Part shown: positions 17,403 to 24,455 of the stretch, piece after piece
How positions within the stretch are numbered: the stretch's first letter is position 1
How the letters are laid out: every line of letters starts with the position of its first letter
Assembly (NCBI RefSeq): GCF_000025925.1
Contig: NC_014033.1
Location: 2,490,001-2,522,000 of the forward strand
DNA length: 32,000 bases
From: Xylanibacter ruminicola 23
GTDB lineage: Bacteria > Bacteroidota > Bacteroidia > Bacteroidales > Bacteroidaceae
Direction: 5' to 3'
Position numbers and translations under genes: made by a program
Notes under the pieces: generated by a model
Told to the model about the DNA's origin: nothing
Database searches by the model: none
Seen by the model: only the letters and a program-made list of their open reading frames with translations

Positions 17403-20400
17403 ATGCGATATATAACGTTACTCCTTACTTGGATATTTGCCAGCGTCATGGTAAATGCTGCCGACTTTAAGTTCCAGCATCTGAACACCTCGTGCGGTTT
17501 ACCCAACCAGCAGGTAGAGTGCATGGTGCAGGATAACAACGGCTATATATGGATAGGTACACGTAACGGACTGGCCAGATATGATGGTTATAATGTAGAT
17601 ACCTACTACCATGTTGAGGGACAGCCCAACTCATTAGTGCATAACTTTGTTCATGGATTGTTTGTGGATAGCAAGCACCGCCTTTGGATTAGTACCGAGA
17701 ACGGTGTGAGCATGTATCGCCCCCAAACCAACGACTTCCGTAACTATTTCAACGTGCGGGGCTACTGTACCAGTTTTGTAGAAACCAACGATGGCAGGAT
17801 ACTCACCGGCTCGGGACAGTTGTATGCTTACGATGCCAAGACCGACTCGTTTGTAGTGATTCCATCGCTCAATGCCGGCACCATTGCCTCGCTGGCTAAG
17901 GATAGGGCTGGCAACATCTACGTGTCGGCCAGTCAGATGATATTCTCGATGAGCGCTAACCTCACAAAGATACTACCGCTAAACATCAGTCTGAACGATG
18001 GACAGCCCGTAAGCCATAACGCCATCCTCCCCTTGCTAGTTGATTCAAAACAGCGCCTATGGGTGGGCTGCAACGATGGTAGTGCCATCTGCTACAATCT
18101 GAAGAGTCATGCCCAACAGCGTTATACCGCCAACCAACTAACCGGCGGCATCATCCGTGTGATTATCGAGGACAAGCAGCACCGCATCTGGTTCGGTACC
18201 GAGAACGGCATCCTGACGTTGAATCCCGATGGCAGCAGCATACTCACACAGAAGCACTATGGTAGCGACGGTCTGTCGGACAATGCGGTATATACTATCC
18301 TGGCCGACCGTCAGAACAACATCTGGATAGGCTCATACTTCGGTGGCGTAGATTATCTGTCGACTCAGAAACCGCAGTTCCGCCATTTCGAGCCCAGTGC
18401 CGCGAAAGGCGAGTTAAAGGCGCGCATACCACGCATGATTACCGAGACATCGCCTGGCATCTTCTGGATTGCTAGCGAAGACCAGGGTGTAAACATCTAC
18501 AACTCTATCACAGGTCTGTTCACACCTTTTACCGAGATTCCTGGTCTCGACTCGAACACGCACAGCATCTACTACGATGCCAAGACTGCCGACATCTGGA
18601 TTGGTACACGATTCAAAGGGTTGTACCGCTACAACCTGCAAACCCGCAAAACCACCCAGTATTACCGTACCAAGGGACTTACATCGGAGGGTATTTTTTA
18701 CCTGACCCGCGATAAGAACGGACGCTTGTGGATAGCCACCATGGAGGGACTGCGCTACTACGACGAGCAATCGGATACGTTCTGCACGATAGGCGACGAC
18801 CTGCTGGACCGCACATTTATCTACTCGCTGTTTGTAGATCGCCACAACCAGTTATGGGCCAGCACGGTGGCTTGCGGCTTGTATTGCATCAGCAACGGCA
18901 AGGTAACAAGTTACAGTAGGGATAACGGCAGCGGACTGACCGATAATTACATCATATCGTCATTCGAGGACTCGAAAGGTCGCCTGTGGATAGGCACTAA
19001 CAATAACGGCTTGTTCTGGCTCGACAACAAGAACGGCAAAATTCATCAGGCAGGCACATGGATACCCCGCCAATGTACGGTTTGCAGCATTGTTGAGGAT
19101 AAAACGGGTAGCTTGTGGATTGGTACCGACCAAGGTTTGTTCAGTCACCGACTGAGCGATGGGCATACCCGCTGTTTCTCGGCAGGTGCCGAACTGCCCG
19201 TCAACCAGTTTAACTTTACATCAACCTATCTGGCCACCGACGGACGCGTGCTGATGGGTACCTTCGACGGTCTGATAGCCTTCCAGCCCAAACAGATGCA
19301 CACCGAGGCCAGGAACATGTATGTGCATTTCAAGAAACTGTTTGTAAACGATCAGGTACGCTCGCAGATCGACTATACCGACTGCATCACACTCACCTAC
19401 GAAGAGTCGCACTCGTTCCACATCGAGTATGGTGTAGTGATGCCCGAGAATGTGCAGGGCATACAGTATCAGATAAAGGTGGATGGCATTGATAAGGAAT
19501 GGCGCAGTGTAGGTGCCGAACGCCGGTTCTATGGTTATCTGCTCAGTCCGGGCACCTACCAGCTGCACGTAAGGGCAAACACCTGCGACAGCGACTGGGA
19601 TAAATGTCCTGAACGCACGCTTACCATCGTTATCAAGGCACCGTTCTATCTCTCCACCCTCGCGTACATTATATACTTTATATGTTTTGCCGCACTGGTG
19701 TGGGGCGGACTCACGCTCTACAATATCCGCATGAAAGAGCAGGCCAAGGTGCGCTATGCCAACATGGAGAAAGCCAAGGTTGAGGAGATCGACCGCATGA
19801 AGTCGAACTTCTTCACGATGGTATCACATGAGCTCAAGACACCACTCTCGCTCATCATCGCGCCACTAAAGAGTATCAGCGCCAGCGAGGTGGATAAGGA
19901 GGTGGGAGAATCGCTGAACCTTGCCATTCGCAACTGCTCTAAGATGGAACACCTGATTAACGAGCTGGTGACCTTCAACAAGATTGAGTCAGACAATTTC
20001 CCGTTCTACGTACAGCAGGGCAACCCAGTGGAGTTTGTGGGTGTGGTGGCCGATAACTTTAACGAGGCCGTTCAGGCCAAGGGCTTACACCTCACCGTGA
20101 ACTGCATCGACAACGGCGAAGACGGTTGGTTCTCGCCCTCGTATATCGAGCATATACTGAACAACCTCATGTCGAACGCCATCAAGTTCACAGGTAACGG
20201 CGGCGCCATCACCATCCATGCCGAGATTACACAGACGGCGGATTCGCCCGACCTGTTCCTGAAGATGCAGGTAACCGATACCGGTATCGGCATTATCAAA
20301 GACGAGCAGAAGAATATATTTGAACGTTTCTACCAAACCAAGCGCGGCTACAGCACCAACAGCAGTGGCTGGGGCATCGGTCTGGCGCTCATCCGCCGAC

Positions 20401-21407
20401 TGGTTGAGATCCATAAAGGCTCGGTATCGGTAGAGAGCGAGCTGGGCAAGGGCAGCACGTTTACGATACTGCTGAACATCTCAGGCAACGCATTCTCGGA
20501 TAAGAACAAGATTGCCGGCGATAGCGAACAAGCCACGGTAAGCAACTATCTCAGTAAACTCGATGCCACACCCGTTACCATTGCGGGCAGTGCCGTTTCG
20601 GCCACTGCTGCCCCATCGGCCTCAGCAACACATAAACATACCTTGCTGGTGGTTGAGGATAATGAGGATATGCTGAAATTCCTGGAGCAGCTGTTTGCTG
20701 CCGATTACAACGTGATAACGGCGCCCGACGGACAGCAAGCATGGGACATCGCCATCAGTCGTTCGGATATCGACCTGGTGGTATCGGATGTGATGATGCC
20801 TGTGATGACCGGTGCCGAGCTATGTAACATGATAAAAGGCAACATGAGCACCAGTCATATACCCGTGATTCTGCTCACTGCCAAGGGCGATCCCGAGGAC
20901 GTGAAGGATGGTTATCGCAACGGTGCCGATGCCTATGTACTGAAGCCTTTCGACCCCGAATCGCTTTCGCTACAGATCAGTAACCTGCTCAAACTGATAC
21001 AGAACCGTCAGCAATCCATCTTTAATGACGGTGAAGAATCGCTGAAACAGAACGACAGTCTGACGCAGCTCGACCGCGACTTTATCCAGCGACTGATGGA
21101 ACTGGTGGACAGCAACATCGGCAACGCCAACTTCTCGGTTACCGATATCACCACCGAATTAGGTATGAGTCGCAGTCTGTTGCACACCAAGATGAAGAAT
21201 CTGATGAACACCTCGGCTGGCGACTACATCCGCCACAAGCGCATACAAAAGGCTTGCCAGATGATTACCGACGGACATAATGTTTCGGAAACAGCCTACA
21301 GCTGCGGCTTTGCCGACCCCAACTACTTCTCAAAGGTATTCAAGAAAGTAGTTGGCGTGGCACCATCCGAATATACTAGTAACCGCGCACAACAGCAAAA
21401 CCATTAG
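17403..21407 (+). CDS. Hybrid two-component system regulator (HTCS): periplasmic beta-propeller/Y_Y_Y sensor, HisKA, HATPase, receiver, AraC-type HTH
   Basis: Start taken at ATG 17403; the ORF-track TTG at 17379 overlaps the promoter motif. Repeated WIGT/WFGT propeller motifs; TM LAYIIYFICFAALVWGGLTLY; H-box VSHELKTPL; receiver LLVVEDNEDM..VSDVMMP; C-terminal AraC HTH (FADPNYFSKVFKK). Confidence 0.95.
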   Translation: MRYITLLLTWIFASVMVNAADFKFQHLNTSCGLPNQQVECMVQDNNGYIWIGTRNGLARYDGYNVDTYYHVEGQPNSLVHNFVHGLFVDSKHRLWISTENGVSMYRPQTNDFRNYFNVRGYCTSFVETNDGRILTGSGQLYAYDAKTDSFVVIPSLNAGTIASLAKDRAGNIYVSASQMIFSMSANLTKILPLNISLNDGQPVSHNAILPLLVDSKQRLWVGCNDGSAICYNLKSHAQQRYTANQLTGGIIRVIIEDKQHRIWFGTENGILTLNPDGSSILTQKHYGSDGLSDNAVYTILADRQNNIWIGSYFGGVDYLSTQKPQFRHFEPSAAKGELKARIPRMITETSPGIFWIASEDQGVNIYNSITGLFTPFTEIPGLDSNTHSIYYDAKTADIWIGTRFKGLYRYNLQTRKTTQYYRTKGLTSEGIFYLTRDKNGRLWIATMEGLRYYDEQSDTFCTIGDDLLDRTFIYSLFVDRHNQLWASTVACGLYCISNGKVTSYSRDNGSGLTDNYIISSFEDSKGRLWIGTNNNGLFWLDNKNGKIHQAGTWIPRQCTVCSIVEDKTGSLWIGTDQGLFSHRLSDGHTRCFSAGAELPVNQFNFTSTYLATDGRVLMGTFDGLIAFQPKQMHTEARNMYVHFKKLFVNDQVRSQIDYTDCITLTYEESHSFHIEYGVVMPENVQGIQYQIKVDGIDKEWRSVGAERRFYGYLLSPGTYQLHVRANTCDSDWDKCPERTLTIVIKAPFYLSTLAYIIYFICFAALVWGGLTLYNIRMKEQAKVRYANMEKAKVEEIDRMKSNFFTMVSHELKTPLSLIIAPLKSISASEVDKEVGESLNLAIRNCSKMEHLINELVTFNKIESDNFPFYVQQGNPVEFVGVVADNFNEAVQAKGLHLTVNCIDNGEDGWFSPSYIEHILNNLMSNAIKFTGNGGAITIHAEITQTADSPDLFLKMQVTDTGIGIIKDEQKNIFERFYQTKRGYSTNSSGWGIGLALIRRLVEIHKGSVSVESELGKGSTFTILLNISGNAFSDKNKIAGDSEQATVSNYLSKLDATPVTIAGSAVSATAAPSASATHKHTLLVVEDNEDMLKFLEQLFAADYNVITAPDGQQAWDIAISRSDIDLVVSDVMMPVMTGAELCNMIKGNMSTSHIPVILLTAKGDPEDVKDGYRNGADAYVLKPFDPESLSLQISNLLKLIQNRQQSIFNDGEESLKQNDSLTQLDRDFIQRLMELVDSNIGNANFSVTDITTELGMSRSLLHTKMKNLMNTSAGDYIRHKRIQKACQMITDGHNVSETAYSCGFADPNYFSKVFKKVVGVAPSEYTSNRAQQQNH

Positions 21408-21489
21408 GCTTATAGTTATTTTTTTCATAATCATGCCGCAAAGATAGAAAAATTATTGCAAAAAGTGATGCACATTCGGTATTTATTTG

Positions 21490-21497
21490 TATATTTG
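21490..21497 (+). promoter_or_regulatory. -7 promoter motif for the small Cys-motif gene
   Basis: The G of TATATTTG lies only 5 nt before ATG 21502, implying a leaderless or near-leaderless mRNA. Confidence 0.4.
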
Positions 21498-21501
21498 CCA
21501 C

Positions 21502-21918
21502 ATGAAAGATAAAGTTGACCACTATACTATATGTTTTATAGACAGTTGCCCGTTGCACAGGCACTGTTTGAGATGGATGGTAGGCCGTTATGCCGATACC
21601 AGTAGAGAAACATACCTGGCAGTTAACCCACATAACCCACTGATGGGAAGCGACAGTTGTCCGTTGTATCGCGAAGATATACGTGTTATCAAGAAGAAAG
21701 GCTTTACCAACATGTATTACGACATGCCTTGGCACCTGGAGTTTAAGATACGTCGACAGCTGATTGCCAAGTTCGGGCGCAAGCAGTATTTCCAGATGCG
21801 TAAGGGCGAACGCCTGATAACACCCGACCAGCAAAAGGTGATAGAACAGGTAATGCGTGCCAACAACTGGCAAGGCCCCATCAAGTTCGACGGGGAGGTA
21901 GAAGATTACCTGTGGTAA
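21502..21918 (+). CDS. Small conserved-looking hypothetical protein (138 aa) with a duplicated DSCPL motif
   Basis: ATG 21502 follows the promoter motif. CFIDSCPLHRHC and DSCPLYR give 5 Cys. Basic, non-membrane protein. It may belong to a Bacteroidales DUF family, which I cannot verify. Confidence 0.65.
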   Translation: MKDKVDHYTICFIDSCPLHRHCLRWMVGRYADTSRETYLAVNPHNPLMGSDSCPLYREDIRVIKKKGFTNMYYDMPWHLEFKIRRQLIAKFGRKQYFQMRKGERLITPDQQKVIEQVMRANNWQGPIKFDGEVEDYLW

Positions 21919-21922
21919 GAAC

Positions 21923-22897
21923 TTAATCTTTTTGTGATTTCAAGAGTTGTTGATCGGCAGGTGCCACATCAACAGTCTGTACGTCGCCCTCAACATCAAA
22001 GGCAAGCGTAGTTACATCGGGTGTTACATCAAGTGTGCATGTAGCTCCCACATACAGCGGCATACACCTGTTAGCACCAAAGGGCAGTCCGCAGGCAATA
22101 GGAATATCCAGATCGTTAAGATGCGCAATAAGCATCTGCTCAACGCTATCGTACTGAATATCGAACCTGATAGAACTGAAAGTACCGAAGATAATACCTT
22201 TTACACGCGAGAAATCTAACTGCAGTCGCAACATATAGAACAAACGGTCGATATCGTGCAACGACTCTTCCATCTCCTCAAGAAACAGAATAATGTCCTG
22301 ATCTTCGGGCAGGTTGAACTTTGTTCCTGCGATGGCCGAATAGCTCGACAGATTTCCACCTATCAGAATACCTTCGCCATGACCGCATTGGTTGTTTGGA
22401 TTACCAGGCACCTTAAAAAGCGGCACCATGCCAAACAGCATATTGCGCATCAACGTAGAACAGGGCTCCAGATTACCTGCCAACTGGAATGCCATCGGTC
22501 CGTGCATGCTCATCACCCCTGCCCCAGCCTCAGCATAAAGCAGTGTGGTAATATCGCCATGCCCCACCAGCCACTTGGGGTGCTGACGATAACTATCCCT
22601 ACTGATACGGTTAAGCAGATGGATAGAGCCGTAACCACCTCGACTACAGATGATGGCCTTAATGCTATCATCCTGCAGTGCCCATATCATATCGGCTGCA
22701 CGCTCATCGGCTGTGCCTGCATACACATCAGCATTCAAACAGTTGGTATGAGGACCGATAACAGGTTGTAAGCCCCAGCTCTCGATAACTGCTGCGGCTT
22801 CGGCTATCACTGCCTCATCTACCCTGTAGGCAGGCGACACCAATGCGACCTTATCACCCGGTATTAGAAACGGTGGTGGTACAATTGTTTTCGTCAT
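21923..22897 (-). CDS. Peptidase S66 (LD-carboxypeptidase/LdcA) homolog with substituted catalytic Ser and His
   Basis: Family layout is clear: VALVSPA, CSRGGYGS, GHGDITT at the G-x-S-D-x-T position, LFLEEMEE, GLPFGANRCMPLYVG at the F-G-H position. 324 aa. Confidence 0.8.
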   Translation of the reverse strand: MTKTIVPPPFLIPGDKVALVSPAYRVDEAVIAEAAAVIESWGLQPVIGPHTNCLNADVYAGTADERAADMIWALQDDSIKAIICSRGGYGSIHLLNRISRDSYRQHPKWLVGHGDITTLLYAEAGAGVMSMHGPMAFQLAGNLEPCSTLMRNMLFGMVPLFKVPGNPNNQCGHGEGILIGGNLSSYSAIAGTKFNLPEDQDIILFLEEMEESLHDIDRLFYMLRLQLDFSRVKGIIFGTFSSIRFDIQYDSVEQMLIAHLNDLDIPIACGLPFGANRCMPLYVGATCTLDVTPDVTTLAFDVEGDVQTVDVAPADQQLLKSQKD

Positions 22898-22934
22898 AAA
22901 GTTAATAGATAGTCACGGGGACATGTTTCTGTTG

Positions 22935-22942
22935 CAAAGATA
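22935..22942 (-). promoter_or_regulatory. -7 promoter motif candidate for the S66 homolog
   Basis: CAAAGATA on the + strand equals TATCTTTG on the - strand, 38 nt upstream of ATG 22897. Confidence 0.4.
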
Positions 22943-23004
22943 AACAATTCTTTCAATTTATGCAAGAAAAACGCCCAAAATTTGGCATATTGATATCTTT
23001 TTTG

Positions 23005-23012
23005 TACTTTTG
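23005..23012 (+). promoter_or_regulatory. -7 promoter motif candidate for metY
   Basis: TACTTTTG lies 30 nt upstream of ATG 23042. Confidence 0.45.
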
Positions 23013-23041
23013 CCGGCAAATTGTAAAACAAGAGGATCAAG

Positions 23042-24325
23042 ATGGTAAAGAAACTAAGACAAGGTACACTATGTGTACAGGCCGGCTACAAGGCCAAGAA
23101 CGGAGAACCAATTGAGTTGCCCATCATCCAGAGTACTACATTTAAGTACGACGACTCTGAGGAGATGGCAAAGTTGTTCGACCTGGAGAAGGAGGGCTAT
23201 TTCTATACCCGCCTGCAGAATCCCACCAACGATGCGGTAGCAGCTAAGATCTGCACACTCGAAGGCGGTGTAGGTGCTATGCTCACATCTAGCGGTCAGG
23301 CAGCTAACTTCTACGCTATGTTCAATATCTGCCAGGCTGGCGACCACTTCATCACATCGAACGAGATTTATGGTGGCACTTACAACCTCTTTGGCGTCAC
23401 CATGAAGAAGCTGGGCATCGAATGTACCTTCGTATCGCCCGAAGCCAGCGACGAGGAGATTCAGGCAGCCTTCCGCCCGAACACAAAGGCTGTGTTTGGC
23501 GAGACTATCTCGAACCCTGGTTGTGCCGTGTTCGATATTGAGCGTTTCGCTAAGATTGCTCACAAGAACGGTGTTCCCCTGATTGTGGACAACACCTTTG
23601 CCACACCAGTAAACTGCCGCCCCTTTGAGTGGGGTGCCGATATCGTAACCCACAGTACCACCAAGTATATGGACGGAATGGCCACACAGGTTGGCGGTTG
23701 TGTTGTGGATAGCGGTAACTTCGACTGGTTGGCTCATGCCGAGAAGTTCCCCGGACTATGTACACCTGATGAGAGCTACCACGGACTTACCTACGTAAAG
23801 GCCTTTGGCAAGATGGGCTACATGACCAAACTGGTGGCTCAGCTGATGCGCGACCTGGGCTCTATCCCTGCCCCACAGAACTCGTTCCTGCTGAACATGG
23901 GACTGCAGACACTGCACCTGCGCATGGCCCAGCACTGCAAGAATGCACAGAAGGTAGCCGAGTTCCTGAACGCCAACGATAAGGTGGCTTGGGTACACTA
24001 CTGCGGACTGCCTACAGATAAGTACTACGCACTGGGACAGAAGTATCTGCCCAACGGCAGCTGCGGTGTGATTGCCTTCGGACTGAAGGGTACTCGCGAG
24101 ACAGCCATTAAGTGGATGGACTCGCTGGAGATGATCAACATCGTGACCCACGTGGCCGATGCCCGCACCTGTGTACTGCATCCTGCCAGTCACACCCACC
24201 GTCAGCTCAGCGATGAGCAGCTGCGCGAGGCTGGTGTAGCACCCGACTTGATCCGTCTTTCAGTAGGTATCGAGGATGTAGAGGATATCCTGGACGACAT
24301 CAAGCAGGCACTGGAAAAGATATAA
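23042..24325 (+). CDS. metY: O-acetylhomoserine aminocarboxypropyltransferase / sulfhydrylase (PLP-dependent Cys/Met metabolism family)
   Basis: 427 aa. PLP-lysine motif HSTTKYMDG; N-terminal GTLCVQAGY...IQSTTF; C-terminal LIRLSVGIEDVEDILDDI. Confidence 0.9.
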   Translation: MVKKLRQGTLCVQAGYKAKNGEPIELPIIQSTTFKYDDSEEMAKLFDLEKEGYFYTRLQNPTNDAVAAKICTLEGGVGAMLTSSGQAANFYAMFNICQAGDHFITSNEIYGGTYNLFGVTMKKLGIECTFVSPEASDEEIQAAFRPNTKAVFGETISNPGCAVFDIERFAKIAHKNGVPLIVDNTFATPVNCRPFEWGADIVTHSTTKYMDGMATQVGGCVVDSGNFDWLAHAEKFPGLCTPDESYHGLTYVKAFGKMGYMTKLVAQLMRDLGSIPAPQNSFLLNMGLQTLHLRMAQHCKNAQKVAEFLNANDKVAWVHYCGLPTDKYYALGQKYLPNGSCGVIAFGLKGTRETAIKWMDSLEMINIVTHVADARTCVLHPASHTHRQLSDEQLREAGVAPDLIRLSVGIEDVEDILDDIKQALEKI

Positions 24326-24349
24326 GCCGACGGCAAACGTCGAAACACA

Positions 24350-24393
24350 GGGGGGCAAACGTCGAAAGAGATTTCACGCTTGCCCCCTTTTTT
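24350..24393 (+). terminator. Rho-independent terminator after metY
   Basis: GGGGGGCAA (24350-24358) pairs with TTGCCCCC (24380-24387) and is followed by TTTTTT. A smaller hairpin, CGACG/CGTCG, lies at 24328-24342. Confidence 0.65.
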
Positions 24394-24395
24394 CA

Positions 24396-24403
24396 TACCT
24401 TTG
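24396..24403 (+). promoter_or_regulatory. -7 promoter motif for the OMP gene
   Basis: TACCTTTG lies 53 nt upstream of ATG 24456, with an A-rich leader in between. Confidence 0.5.
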
Positions 24404-24455
24404 CAGCAGAAAAATTTAAAAATTCAAGAATGTAAAAATTAAAAATATAAAAGGT

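Noticed and set aside
21439-21446. A minus-strand TATCTTTG motif pointing into the 3' end of the HTCS gene (possible antisense promoter).
   Set aside because: There is no downstream minus-strand gene or structure. A 6-specified-base motif is expected by chance in AT-rich spacers. There is no supporting evidence from sequence alone.
21376-21873. A 165-aa minus-strand ORF overlapping the HTCS 3' end and the small Cys-motif gene.
   Set aside because: It has no promoter motif, and it spans an intergenic region that carries the plus-strand promoter. The plus-strand reading has the better start context and motif content.
22943-23041. A possible SAM or other riboswitch upstream of metY.
   Set aside because: The -7 motif at 23005-23012 leaves only about a 25-nt leader. 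The whole spacer is too short and lacks the conserved paired helices of SAM riboswitches.
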